From Eledone cirrhosa (lineage: Eukaryota): DNA of 64,000 nt. A program made the position numbers and the translations under genes. The notes beneath the pieces are model-generated. The model was not told the DNA's origin and did no database searches. It was given only the letters and a program-made list of their open reading frames with translations. Numbering within the stretch: position 1 is the first letter of the stretch; each line of letters starts with the position of its first letter. Location of the stretch: contig OZ024741.1 in NCBI GenBank assembly GCA_964016885.1, positions 333,622,001 through 333,686,000 of the forward strand. The letters run 5' to 3'. Below, one piece after another: positions 1 through 13,632 of the stretch.

Positions 1-1950
1 ACACAGTTCTGTTATATAGTGTAGTGTACAGCACAGCACAGCTCTATTATATAGTGTAGTGTACAGCACAGTTCTATTATACAGTGTAGTGTACAGCACA
101 ACACAGTTCTGTTATATAGTGTAGTGTACAACACAACACAGTTCTGTTATATAGTGTAGTGTACAGCACAGCACAGTTCTGTTATATAGTGTAGTGTACA
201 GCACAACACAGTTCTGTTATATAGTGTAGTGTACAGCACAGTTCTATTATATAGTGTAGTGTACAGCACAACACAGTTCTGTTATATAGTGTAGTGTACA
301 ACACAACACAGTTCTGTTATATAGTGTAGTGTACAGCACAACACAGTTCTGTTATATAGTGTAGTGTACAACACAGCACAGTTCTGTTATATAGTGTAGT
401 GTACAACACGACACAGTTCTGTTATATAGTGTAGTGTACAGCACAGCACAGTTCTGTTATATAGTGTAGTGTACAGCACAACACAGTTCTGTTATATAGT
501 GTAGTGTACAACACAACACAGAGTTCTGTTATATAGTTTAGAGTACAGCACAACACAGTTCTGTTATATAGTGTACTGTACAGCACAACACAGAGTTCTG
601 TTATATAGTGTAGTGTACAACACAACAAAGAGTTCTGTTATATAGTGTAGTGTACCGCACAGCACAGTTCTGTTATATAGTGTAGTGTACAACACAACAC
701 AGAGCTCTGTTATATAGTGTAGTGTACAGCACAACACAGTTCTGTTATATAGTGTAGTGTACAGCACAGAACAGTTCTGTTATATAGTGTAGTGTACAGC
801 ACAACACAGTTCTGTTATATAGCGTAGTGTACAACACAACACAGAGTTCTGTTATATAGTGTAGTGTACAGCACAGCCCAGTTCTGTTATATAGTGTAGT
901 GTACAGCACAGCACAGTTCTGTTATATAGTGTAGTGTACAACACAACACAGAGTTCTGTTATATAGTGTAGTGTACAGCACAACACAGTTCTGTTATATA
1001 GTGTAGTGTACAGCACAGAACAGTTCTGTTATATAGTGTAGTGTACAGCATAACACACTTCTGTTGTATAGTGTAGTGTACAACACAACACAGAGTTATG
1101 TTATGTAGTGTAGTGTACAGCACAACACAGTTCTGTTATATAGTGCTGTGTACAGCACAACACACTTCTGTTATATAGTGTAGTGTACAGCACATCACAG
1201 TTCTGTTATATAGTGTAGTGTACAGCACAACACAGTTCTGTTATATAGTGTAGTGTGCAACACAACACAGTTCTGTTATATAGTGTAGTGTACAGCACAG
1301 CACAGTTCTGTTATATAGTGTAGTGTACAGCACAACACAATTCTGTTATATAGTGTAGTGTACAACACAACACAGTGTTCTGTTATATAGTGTAGTGTAC
1401 AGCACAGCACAGTTCTGTTATATAGTGTTAGTGTACAGCACAACACAGTTCTGTTATATAGTGTAGTGTACAGCACAACACAGTTCTGTTATATAGTGTA
1501 CAGCACAACACAGTTCTGTTATATAGTGTAGTGTGCAACACAACACAGTTCTGTTATATAGTGTAGTGTACAACACAACACAGTTCTGTTATATAGTGTA
1601 GTGTACAGCACAACACAGTTCTGTTATATAGTGTAGTGTGCAACACAACACAGTTCTTTTATATAGTGTAGTGTACAGCACAACACAGTTCTGTTATATA
1701 ATGTTGTATGCAACACAACACAGTTCTGTTATATAGTGTAGTGTACAGCACAACACAGTTCTGTTATATAGTGTAGTGTACAGCACAACACAGTTCTGTT
1801 ATATAGTGTAGTGTACAACACAACACAGTTCTGTTATGTAGTGTAGTGTGCAACACAACACAGTTCTGTTATATAGTGTAGTGTGCAACACAACACAGTT
1901 CTGTTATATAGTGTAGCGTACAACACAACACAGTTCTGTTATATAGTGTA
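1..1950. repeat. ~35-bp satellite (ACACAGTTCTGTTATATAGTGTAGTGTACAGCACA), left part
   Basis: Continuous tandem units with 30/32/35/37-bp length variants. The array runs off the window start. Confidence 0.98.
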
Positions 1951-4900
1951 AGAAGTTGATATTTGTTGTATTCAAGAGACTAGGTGGAGAGTGGGTTCTG
2001 CCAGATTCATCGTGGGCAAAAAACGATGCTATAAACTTTTCTGGGTGGGAAACGACAATGGACTGGGTGGAGTAGGAATTATGTTAGCTGAACAATGGGT
2101 AGATAAGGTAATCGACGTAAATAGAGTAAATGATAGAATAATTAAAATAAGGCTAGTTCTAAATAAAACTACTGTGACAATAATATCCGCTTATGCACCC
2201 CAAATCTGGTCTACTTGACGTTATAAAGGACAGGTTCTATGAGACGTTAATGCACACTACCTTCCAAATAACCGACAGCGACTACCGAATTATTGCTGGC
2301 GATCTAAACGGCCACGTTGGACAACATAGTGATGGCTATGATGGAATCCATGGAGGCTATGGGGTTGGAAATAGAAATGAGGAAGGCTTCAGAATCCTAG
2401 AATTCTGTGACGCCAATAACCTAACTATCTGTAACACAAACTTCAAAAAACGTGAAAACCACTTGATCACCTATAGATCAGTGGACCACGCCAGCCAGAT
2501 AGATCATATCCTTACTAGAAGACGGGACAAAGTGTCTGTTGTAAACACTAAATCCCTCCCTCATGAAGAATGCACATCCCAACGTAGCCTAGTAGTTAGT
2601 GACCTCACAGTCAGAAATAGACGTACTCGATGACAGAGGAGGCCTACCTTGAGGAGAGGAATATGGAAGTTGAAGGATCCCATAGCCAGTGACAAATTTA
2701 AAAGCTTATTACTTGATGCCTTTGACAAAAAGGAAGAGCAATTAGAGTCGTGCGATATAGAGGAACAATGGCAATTCTTGAAAGTGAACCTGCTGAAAGC
2801 AACGGATGAAATCTATGGCTGGAGCAGACCTATTGGCAGGAGGAGAGTAACTTGGTGGTGGAACAGTAAAGTAGAAGAGACAATCAAGGCCAAAAAGCAG
2901 GCTTGGAAAGTATGGCAGGATGGGGGAAGTAGAGAGCACTATCAAGTGGCCAGGAGAAAAGCTAAGAGATAAGTGTACCTTGCAAAAGGGGAAGCAGAGG
3001 ATAGAAAGTTCAAGCATGTTCTACAACGTGAGGACCAAAATCGCGAGGTGTTCAGGATTGCTGGACAATGTGTCAAGGAAAACCGTGATATTGTCGGGGA
3101 GAAGTGTATCCGTAATGATAATGGTGTACTTGCACTCACTGATACTGATAAGAAGATAGCCTGGAAGTGTCACTACGAGAGACTATTAAATGAGGAGAAT
3201 AAATGGGAAAAAGATAGTCTGCCCCAAATCGATCCAATAAAAGGACCAGCAGTGCAAGTTAAAGGTAGTATAATAAGTAAGGCAATCAAAGATATGAAGA
3301 CAGGCAAGGCAGCTGGGCCTTCGGAGATAGTTGCTGAGATGTTGAAGGCATCTGGAATGGTGGGACATACTATGGTCACCCGTATAGTTAACCAAGTAAT
3401 AGAGAATGGGATCACACCAAAAGACTGGCGTAGCAGCAGAATCATTAACTGCTACAAGGGTAAAGGAGATGCTCTAGATAGAGGAAACTATAGAGGCATT
3501 AAGTTAGTTGCCCAGGTCATGAAGGTCACAGAAAGAGTTATAGTGCAAGTAATCAGAGAGCAAATTGATCTAGATGAAATGTAGTTTGGGTTTGTGTCAG
3601 GTAAAAGTACCACAGATGCTCTTTTCCTTGTACGACAACTACAAGAGAAGTACCTAGCTAAAAGTAAACCTCTCTACTTAGCTTTTGTAGACCTGGAAAA
3701 AGCCTTTGACAGAGTCCCCCGCTCCATTATCTGGTGGACTCTTAGAAAACTAGGTGTAGATGAATGGCTTGTGAGAGCTATACAAGCTATGTATAATGAA
3801 ACAGTCAGTAAGGTTAGAATTAACAATGAATATTGTGAAGAATTTAGTGTAAAAGTTGGTGTTCACCAAGGCTCTGTCCTTAGCCCCCTTCTATTTATTA
3901 TTGCCTTTCAGGCTATAACAGAGGAGTTCAAGACCGGCTGCCCATGGGAACTCCTATACGCAGATGATCTAATGCTCATAGCTGAATCAATGGCTGAACT
4001 ACAAAAGAAATTCCAAACATGGAAGCATGGCCTAGAATCAAAAGGCCTTAAAGTTAACTTGTCTAAGACTAAAGTCATAGTTTGTAGAAAGGTAAATAAG
4101 GCACAGGTACCCTCAGGGAAATGGCCTTGCTCAGTGTGTAGGAAAGAAGTAGGCAGAAATTCAATTTTATGTCCCAAATGCAAAGTACATAAAAGATGTA
4201 GTGGGATCACAGGTAAACAATCTAAGAACGTAGACTTTATGTGGCCGATGCTCAGGTCCAATAGGTAGCAAGTGTCCACAGGATACTAGCCCCTTCTATT
4301 GCCCTGATGGTTCTATAGAAATAGTAGACACTTTCCATTACCTGGGTGACGAAATCAGCAGTGGTGGAGGGTATTCTGAAAGTACAGTAGCCAGAGTCAG
4401 AACGGGATGAAAAAAGTTCAGAGAGCTTATACCGCTGTTGGCCACAAAAGGTTTCTCTCTAAAAATAAAAGGCAATTTGCATGATGCTTGTATACGAACA
4501 GCAATGCTACATGGCAGTGAGACATGGGCATTGCGTGCAGAGGACCTGCGTAGACTGGAAAGGAACGAAGCATGCATGCTCCACTGGATGTGTAATAGTA
4601 ATATACGTGAACGGCAAAGCATAAATGAACTAAATGAGAAATTAGGAATAAGAGGGATCAGATGTCGTTTACTCGAGAGAAGACTACGTTGGTATGGTCA
4701 CGTGATGCACATGAAAGATGACAGCTGTATAAAAAAGTGCAGGGCGATCAAAATTGATGGTAGTTACGGAGTAGGTAAACCCAGAAAAACCTGGGACGAT
4801 CTGATAAATTCCGACCTTACACACTTGCACCTCTCTAAGACAATGTCACTGGACCGAGATCTTTGGCGCTACACAGTAATACAGAAGACACGCCTTGTCT

Positions 4901-5340
4901 GTGTATAAAGTGAAACCTACAGTCAGTAGGCACCTCTTAACCAAATATACACCCCAATCCACTACCCCTACCCTATCCTCCCACTCCCACCAACACCACC
5001 CGCTCTCTATAAAATTGCTAACACAACATCCAGTCCAAATAAATGAGATAAATGAGATCGAGATCGAGATCGAGTTCGTGTAGTTGTTACGAGAAAAAAA
5101 AATACACAGTCCAGGCTATAATGTGGCCGTATAGGTAACACGGTAAAAAGTTCCCAGTTCCACACTGTAAATGTGGTTGGGGTTAGGAAGGGCATCCAGC
5201 CCTAGAAAACCTGCCAGATAGTCCTATATGAGCGAGACATGGTCACCCGACCAACCTTGCCTCAAGTGAGACAACTCCCGTCTAACCCATGTTAGTGTGG
5301 AAAATGGACATTAAACGAAGATAATGATGATGATGATGAT
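1951..5340 (+). mobile_element. 5'-truncated RTE-clade non-LTR retrotransposon inserted in the satellite, ending in a (GAT)n tail
   Basis: Abrupt satellite junctions on both sides. APE and RT motifs are in order. The 3' end reads ...ATTAAACGAAGATAATGATGATGATGATGAT. Confidence 0.93.
1952..4908 (+). pseudogene. Disrupted APE endonuclease/reverse transcriptase ORF of the RTE element
   Basis: Motifs VDICCIQETRW, IISAYAP, IAGDLNGHVG, SQIDHIL, YRGIKL, FVDLEKAFDRV, GVHQGSVLSPLLF, LLYADDL, RLRWYGHV. Stops at ~2631, 2970, 3582 and 4408; frameshifts near 2210 and 4240. Confidence 0.93.
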
Positions 5341-8300
5341 GTGCAACACAACACAGTTCTGTTATATAGTGTACAGCACAACACAGTTCTGTTATATAGT
5401 GTAGTGTACAGCACAACACACAGTTCTGTTATATAGTGTAGTGTGCAACACAACACAGTTCTGTTATATAGTGTAGTGTACAACACAACACAGTTCTGTT
5501 ATATAGTGTAGTGTACAGCACAACACAGTTCTGTTATATAGTGTAGTGTGCAACACAGCACAGTTCTATTATATAGTGCAGTGTACAACACAGCACAGTT
5601 CTGTTATATAGTGTAGTGTACAACACAGCACAGTTCTGTTATATAGTGTAGTGTACAGCACACAGTTCTGTTATATAGTGTAGTGTACAGCACAGCACAG
5701 TTCTGTTATATAGTGTAGTGTACAGCACAACACAGTTCTGTTATATAGTGTAGTGTACAGCACAGTTCTGTTATATAGTGTAGTGTACAGCACAATACAG
5801 TTCTGTTATATAGTGTAGTGTACAGCACAGCACAGTTCTGTTATATAGTTTAGTGTACAGCACACAGTTCTGTTATATAATGTAGTGTACAACACAACAC
5901 AGTTCTGTTATATAGTTTAGTGTACAGCACACAGTTCTGTTATATAGTGTAGTGTACAACATAACACAGTTCTGTTATATAGTGTAGTGTACAGCACAAC
6001 ACACTTCTGTTATATAGTGTAGTGTACAACACAACGCAGTTCTGTTATATAGTGTAGTGTACAACACAACACAGTTCTGTTATATAGTGTAGTGTACAGC
6101 ACAACACAGTTCTGTTATATAGTGTAGTGTACAGCACAGCACAGTTCTGTTATATAGTGTAGTGTACAGCACAACACAGAGTTCTGTTATATAGTGTAGT
6201 GTACAGCACAGTTCTGTTATATAGTGTAGTGTACAACACAACACAGTTCTGTTATATAGTGTAGTGTGCAACACAACACAGTTCTATTATATAGTGTACA
6301 ACACAACACAGTTCTGTTATATAGTGTAGTGTACAACACAACACAGTTCTGTTATATAGTGTAGTGTACAACACAACACAGTTCTGTTATATAGTGTACA
6401 GCACAACACAGTTCTGTTATATAGTGTAGTGTACAACACAGCACAGTTCTGTTATATAGTGTAGTGTACAACACAACACAGTTCTGTTATATAGTGTAGT
6501 GTACAGCACAGCCCAGTTCTGTTATATAGTGTAGTGTACAACACAACACAGTTCTGTTATATAGTGTAGTGTACAGCACAACACAGTTCTGTTATATAGT
6601 GTAGTGTACAGCACAGCACAGTTCTGTTATATAGTGTAGTGTACAGCACAGCACAGTTCTGTTATATAGTGTAGTGTACAGCACAACACAGTTCTGTTAT
6701 ATAGTGTAGTGTACAGCACAGTTCTGTTATATAGTGTAGTGTACAGCGCAACACAGTTCTGTTATATAGTGTAGTGTACAGCACAACACAGTTCTGTTAT
6801 ATAGTGTAGTGAGCAACACAACACAGTTCTGTTATATAGTGTAGTGTACAGCACAACACAGTTCTGTTATATAGTGTAGTGTACAACACAACACAGTTCT
6901 TTTATATAGTGTAGTGTACAGCACAGCACAGTTCTGTTATATAGTGTAGTGTACAGCACAACACAGTTCTATTATATAGTGTAGTGTACAGCACAGCACA
7001 GTTCTGTTATATAGTGTAGTGTACAGCACAACACAGTTCTGTTATATAGTGTAGTGTACAACACAGCACAGTTCTGTAATATAGTGTAGTGTACAACACA
7101 GCACAGTTCTGTTATATAGTGTAGTGTACAGCACAACACAGTTCTGTTATATAGTGTAGTGTACAGCACAGCACAGTTCTGTTATATAGTGTAGTGTACA
7201 GCACAACACAGTTCTGTTATATAGTGTAGTGTACAGCACAGCACAGTTCTGTTATATAGTGTAGTGTACAGCACAACACAGTTCTGTTATATAGTGTAGT
7301 GTACAGCACACAGTTCTGTTATATAGTGTAGTGTACAGCACACAGTTCTGTTATATAGTGTAGTGTACAGCACAGTTCTGTTATATAGTGTAGTGTACAG
7401 CACAGTTCTGTTATATAGTGTAGTGTACAACACAGCACAGTTCTGTTATATAGTGTAGTGTACAGCACAGCACAGTTCTGTTATATAGTGTAGTGTACAG
7501 CACAACACAGTTCTGTTATATAGTGTAGTGTACAGCACAGCACAGTTCTGTTATATAGTGTAGTGTACAGCACAACACAGTTCTGTTATATAGTGTAGTG
7601 TACAGCACAGTTCTGTTATATAGTGTAGTGTACAGCACAGCACAGTTCTGTTATATAGTGTAGTGTACAGCACAACACAGTTCTGTTATATAGTGTAGTG
7701 TACAGCACAGCACAGTTCTGTTATATAGTGTAGTGTACAGCACAACACAGTTCTATTATATAGTGTAGTGTACAGCACAGCACAGTTCTGTTATATAGTG
7801 TAGTGTACAGCACAACACAGTTCTGTTATATAGTGTAGTGTACAGCACAACACAGTTCTGTTATATAGTGTAGTGTACAACACAACACAGTTCTGTTATA
7901 TAGTGTAGTGTACAGCACAGCACAGTTCTGTTATAGAGTGTAGTGTACAGCACAACACAGTTCTGTTATATAGTGTAGTGGACAACACAACACAGTTCTG
8001 TTATATAGTGTAGTGTACAGCACAACACAGTTCTATTATATAGTGTAGTGTGCAACACAACACAGTTCTGTTATATAGTGTAGTGTACAACACACCACAG
8101 TTCTGTTATATAGTGTACAGCACAACACAGTTCTGTTATATAGTGTAGTGTACAACACAGCACAGTTCTGTTATATAGTGTAGTGTACAACACAACACAG
8201 TTCTGTTATATAGTGTAGTGTACAGCACAGCACAGTTCTGTTATATAGTGTAGTGTACAACACAACACAGTTCTGTTATATAGTGTAGTGTACAGCACAA

Positions 8301-10926
8301 CACAGTTCTGTTATATAGTGTAGTGTACAGCACAGCACAGTTCTGTTATATAGTGTAGTGTACAGCACAGCACAGTTCTGTTATATAGTGTAGTGTACAG
8401 CACAACACAGTTCTGTTATATAGTGTAGTGTACAGCACAGTTCTGTTATATAGTGTAGTGTACAGCGCAACACAGTTCTGTTATATAGTGTAGTGTACAG
8501 CACAACACAGTTCTGTTATATAGTGTAGTGAGCAACACAACACAGTTCTGTTATATAGTGTAGTGTACAGCACAACACAGTTCTGTTATATAGTGTAGTG
8601 TACAACACAACACAGTTCTTTTATATAGTGTAGTGTACAGCACAGCACAGTTCTGTTATATAGTGTAGTGTACAGCACAACACAGTTCTATTATATAGTG
8701 TAGTGTACAGCACAGCACAGTTCTGTTATATAGTGTAGTGTACAGCACAGTTCTGTTATATAGTGTAGTGTACAACACAGCACAGTTCTGTAATATAGTG
8801 TAGTGTACAACTCAGCACAGTTCTGTTATATAGTGTAGTGTACAGCACACAGTTCTGTTATATAGTGTAGTGTACAGCACACAGTTCTGTTATATAGTGT
8901 AGTGTACAGCACAGTTCTGTTATATAGTGTAGTGTACAGCACAGTTCTGTTATATAGTGTAGTGTACAACACAGCACAGTTCTGTTATATAGTGTAGTGT
9001 ACAGCACAGCACAGTTCTGTTATATAGTGTAGTGTACAGCACAACACAGTTCTGTTATATAGTGTAGTATACAGCACAGCACAGTTCTGTTATATAGTGT
9101 AGTGTACAGCACAACACAGTTCTGTTATATAGTGTAGTGTACAGCACAGTTCTGTTATATAGTGTAGTGTACAGCACAGCACAGTTCTGTTATATAGTGT
9201 AGTGTACAACACAACACAGTTCTGTTATATAGTGTAGTGTACAACACAACACAGTTCTGTTATATAGTGTAGTGTACAGCACACAGTTCTGTTATATAGT
9301 GTAGTGTACAGCACAGCACAGTTCTGTTATATAGTGTAGTGTACAGCACACAGTTCTGTTATATAGTGTAGTGTACAACACAGCACAGTTCTGTTATATA
9401 GTGTAGTGTACAGCACAGCACAGTTCTGTTATATAGTGTAGTGTACAGCACAGCACAGATTTGTTATATAGTGTAGTGTACAGCAGAACACAGTTCTGTT
9501 ATATAGTGTAGTGTACAACACAGTTCTGTTATATAGTGTAGTGTACAGCACACAGTTCTGTTATATAGTGTAGTGTACAACACAACACAGTTCTGTTATA
9601 TAGTGTAGTGTACAACACAACACAGTTCTGTTATATAGTGTAGTGTACAGCACACAGTTCTGTTATATAGTGTAGTGTACAACACAGCACAGTTCTGTTA
9701 TATAGTGTAGTGTACAGCACAGCACAGTTCTGTTATATAGTGTAGTGTACAGCACAGCACAGATTTGTTATATAGTGTAGTGTACAGCAGAACACAGTTC
9801 TGTTATATAGTGTAGTGTACAACACAGTTCTGTTATATAGTGTAGTGTACAGCACACAGTTCTGTTATATAGTGTAGTGTACAACACAACACAGTTCTGT
9901 TATATAGTGTAGTGTACAACACAACACAGTTCTGTTATATAGTGTAGTGTACAGCACACAGTTCTGTTATATAGTGTAGTGTACAGCACAGCACAGTTCT
10001 GTTATATAGTGTAGTGTACAGCACACAGTTCTGTTATATAGTGTAGTGTACAACACAGCACAGTTCTGTTATATAGTGTAGTGTACAGCACAGCACAGTT
10101 CTGTTATATAGTGTAGTGTACAGCACAGCACAGATTTGTTATATAGTGTAGTGTACAGCAGAACACAGTTCTGTTATATAGTGTAGTGTACAGCACAGCA
10201 CAGTTCTGTTATATAGTGTAGTGTACAACACGACACAGTTCTGTTGTATAGTGTAGTGTACAGCACAGTTCTGTTATATAGTGTAGTGTACAGCACAGTT
10301 CTATTATATAGTGTAGTGTACAGCACAGCACAGTTCTGTTATATAGTGTAGTGTACAGCACAGTTCTGTTATATAGTGTACAGCACAACACTGTTCTGTT
10401 ATATAGTGTAGTGTACAGCACAGCACAGTTCTGTTATATAGTGTAGTGTACAGCACAACACAGAGTTCTGTTATATAGTGTAGTGTTCAGCACAGCACAC
10501 AGTTCTGTTATATAGTGTACAGCACAACACAGAGTTATGCTATATAATGTAGCGTACAGCACAACACAACACAGTTCTGCTATATAGTGTAGTGTACAGC
10601 ACAACACAAAACAGTTATGCTATATAGTGTAGTGTACAGCACAACACAACACAGTTCTGCTATATAGTGTAGTGTACAGCACAACACAAGACAGTTCTAC
10701 TATATAGTGTAGTGTACAGCACAACACAACACAGTTATGCTATATAGTGTAGTGTACAGCACGACACAACACAGTTCTGCTATATAGTGTACAGCACAAC
10801 ACAACACAGTTCTGCTATATAGTGTACAGCACAACACAACACAGTTATGCTATATAGTGTAGTGTACAGCACAACACAACACAGTTCTGCTATATAGTGT
10901 AGTGTACAGCACACAGTTCTGTTATA
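5341..10926. repeat. ~35-bp satellite, right part, with a divergent ~40-bp unit at the distal edge
   Basis: Same monomer as 1-1950. From ~10500 the units carry GCTATAT and an extra ACAAC. Confidence 0.98.
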
Positions 10927-11149
10927 AGCAGCTGATTTTGGAACAGGTTCACTATAGTATTGATTTGATTAGATGGAACTTTATTTTGGAGGAGTTGACC
11001 TCCTTCTACTCACTATCTGACATTCTGGCATTCAATGTACTTATTTACCTGAGAGCTGCAGGTGGACAATTCACAGGGTAAGACTATTTGTATTGGAAAC
11101 AATAACATTACAGCTGCTGAATAGAGAATCTGGTTATCAGCCAGCTGCA

Positions 11150-11191
<42 letters not shown>

Positions 11192-12497
11192 CAGGGTGCG
11201 GATGATATTTGTTCGCAAGATTACTGTCTAGGAAAAAATAACACAGTAGTTTTATTTTTTTAAATATATTTATCAAACTTGGGTCAGTTTGTCTTCATGA
11301 CTTGTTCTTTCGATCTCACTCGATAAACCCGCCATTGGCTTTGATGACGGCCTCAAGGCGACCTCAGGACCCCGGCTACAGGCCTTCGTCACTGTCCCCC
11401 GACTTAGGCCCTTAAAGGCACTTGTAATCCTGGCCTTCAGATCGTCTTTCGTATTGCAGCTAGATCTGTTGGTGTCTCGTTTCTCCCCGCCCCACACAAA
11501 GAATTCGAAGGGGTTGCAGTCAGGCAATCTGGGAGGCCAGATGTTAGAAGTGTGGTCGACGAAGTTCTCTGACAGCCAGGCTTGGGTCTTTCGGCTGGTA
11601 TGGCAGGGCGCTGAGTCTTGCTGCCACACGTATGGCCTACCTGCAGCTATCTGGTCAATCCAGGGCTTTACTACCTCGCTCAGAATGCGGATGTAGCCAT
11701 CGGTGTTCAGCTTGAGGCCCTCAGGGAAGAAGTGAGGTGGGATGACGTCACCTTGACTGCTGACGACACCTAAGACCAATGTTGTCGCTGGAAACTTTGT
11801 CTGCATGACTCTGGGCACGTCTTTGGATGAGACAGCGAGCCACCTGTTGTTCTGGGAGTTGATCTTCTGGTCTTGGCAGAAGTTTTTCTCATCGGAGAAA
11901 AACCACAGCATGTCTGGTTCCAGTGGGTGTTTCAACTTGTTGATCAGCTTCTTTGCATGCTTCAATCGCTTTTCTTGCATCGCCTTTGACAGAAATTGTT
12001 CTTTCCTCATCTTTTATGAAACGTAGCGAATGTCTTCATGTACCACCAGCCTAATGAGCTTTTCATCCACGCCTTTCTCCCTTGCAATGGCACGCATCGA
12101 CTTGGTAGGTTCATTGTTGATGATATCCTGAACTTCAGCGACGAATTCGAGCTTTCTGAAGGCATCAGATCGTCGATCATGTGTTTTCCTCTCTGATGTT
12201 GCTTCGTAGTCAAATCCTGAATCTTCCAATTCCTTTCTGACCTTTTCCACCATTCTCCTGCTGACGCTGAGAAAGTCTGAAATTTCCTTATTTGTCCTCT
12301 CGGCGCAGATTCCAAGAAGAACTCTGTATCTCTTCCACAAATTTGGAGGTTCAAAATTATTCATAATCAATTATTCTGAAAATAAATAATGGAAATATAG
12401 TCACTGTTTTTATGAAGACAAGAGTGACAATGGAAGTAAAAAAAATTAGCATAAAATTAGCAGTTGAAAATTGCGAACTAATATTGTCCACACCCTG
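11192..12497 (-). mobile_element. Tc1/mariner-superfamily DNA transposon, maT (DD37D)-like, 1306 bp
   Basis: Imperfect TIRs CAGGGTGCGGATGATATTTGTTCGCAA / TTGCGAACTAATATTGTCCACACCCTG. TA on both sides, within a (TA)n tract. Confidence 0.95.
11316..12370 (-). pseudogene. Inactivated transposase
   Basis: HTH-like N-terminus, then WFFSDEK, WQQDSAPCH and WPPRLPDCNPFE. In-frame TAA at 12014-12016. A frameshift near 11370 precedes RLEAVIKANGGFIE*. Confidence 0.92.
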
Positions 12498-12587
12498 TAT
12501 ATATATATATATATATGTGTAAATGTGTGTATATATATCTGTATATATATAAGCATGTATATATATATATCTGTATGTATATATATA

Positions 12588-12961
12588 TCATTTTACGTCT
12601 GCTTATTCCTGCTTGCAGGGGTGGGACAGGAACTGATTCTGGCTTGATTTCTACAGCTGGATGCCCTTCCTAACACCAACCTCATTTACAGTGAGTGCTG
12701 GGTGCTTTTTTGCCGTGGCACCTACACGTCCACTTTACAGTATGGGCTGGGTGCTTTTTTGCCAGGGCACCTCCACGACCACTTTGCAGTGGAATGATAG
12801 GGACCCCAGTCCTATCATCTCGTTTCTACAGCTGAGTAAACTGGAGCAATGTGAAATAAAGTGTCTTGCACAAGGAAACAACACATCATCCGGTCTGAGA
12901 ATTGAACTCACAACCTTTCGATTGCAAGGCCAATGCTCTAACCACTAAGCCATGTGCCTCC
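12588..12961 (-). mobile_element. tRNA-derived SINE, family A, full length
   Basis: Minus-strand head GGAGGCACATGGCTTAGTGGTTAGAG (A box) and GAGTTCAATTC (B box). Body has GTTAGGAAGGGCATCCAGC. Many copies in the window. Confidence 0.9.
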
Positions 12962-12997
12962 ATATATATATCTGTATATCTGTATATATATATATGT

Positions 12998-13306
12998 ATA
13001 GAGGAACCTTAGTTCATGGACATAATTTATTCCTGAAATCCATTTGTCCCCAAAAATTTTCATAAACTGAAACTATTTTTTCCATACAAAATGTTGAGAG
13101 AGAAATACAGTGAGAGAGTGACTGTGTGTGAAAGACAGATAGATATCACCATAGTAACTAACTATAGACCAAGTGACACTTTCCTGCTTTTCATAGTCGG
13201 CTTAAGTGTTCATTACTTGAGACATCATTCGTCACATGAGACGCTTTATGTTCGGAAAAATTGTACGTGAACCGATTTGTTTGTGATGAGAGACATTTGT
13301 GATCCA
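12998..13306 (-). mobile_element. pogo/Tigger-like MITE, inverted copy of 25820-26159
   Basis: Reverse-complement similarity along its length to the MITE at 25820. Confidence 0.7.
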
Positions 13307-13364
13307 TTGTGTCTAGGGTCTGACAACGCCCTTAGTGCAGGTGATCTACTTGATAAACGCACCC

Positions 13365-13632
13365 AGTATACACTGTGAAGTGGTTGGGGATAGGAAGGGC
13401 ATCTCCAGCCATAGAAGTCTTACCAAACAAAGACATGGGGGTACTTTCAGCTGTGCCAAAGGCACAACCTCTCCTATGCATTTGATGGAATGTGAGACCA
13501 TACTAAGATGCACAGGTCCCTGCCTGCCTGCTTGGGAGACCAGTGGCTCTGCTTCAGTACTGAATTGGTCTATATGGATCTGCCCAACTCTTGCTAGCAA
13601 GGAAAGCAGGCATTAAAACGATGATGATGATA
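13365..13632 (+). mobile_element. SINE 3' fragment with (GAT)n tail
   Basis: GGAAGGGCATC motif and ...TAAAACGATGATGATGA tail. Confidence 0.65.

Noticed and set aside
1940-1951. Target-site duplication of the RTE insertion
   Set aside because: Satellite periodicity makes any TSD indistinguishable from neighbouring units.
1-10926. CRISPR-like array, and Cys-rich ORFs (LYTTLYNRTVLCC...)
   Set aside because: Units are contiguous with no unique spacers and no cas genes. The ORFs are translations of the satellite.
11743-11750. CRE palindrome TGACGTCA
   Set aside because: It lies inside the transposase coding sequence with no supporting context.
12661-12948. Recurrent short ORF (...LSKLEQCEIKCLAQG...) suggesting a gene family
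   Set aside because: It is the antisense translation of SINE family A copies.
12880-12961. tRNA gene
   Set aside because: A/B boxes are present, but there is no complete cloverleaf and it is continuous with a SINE body found in many copies.
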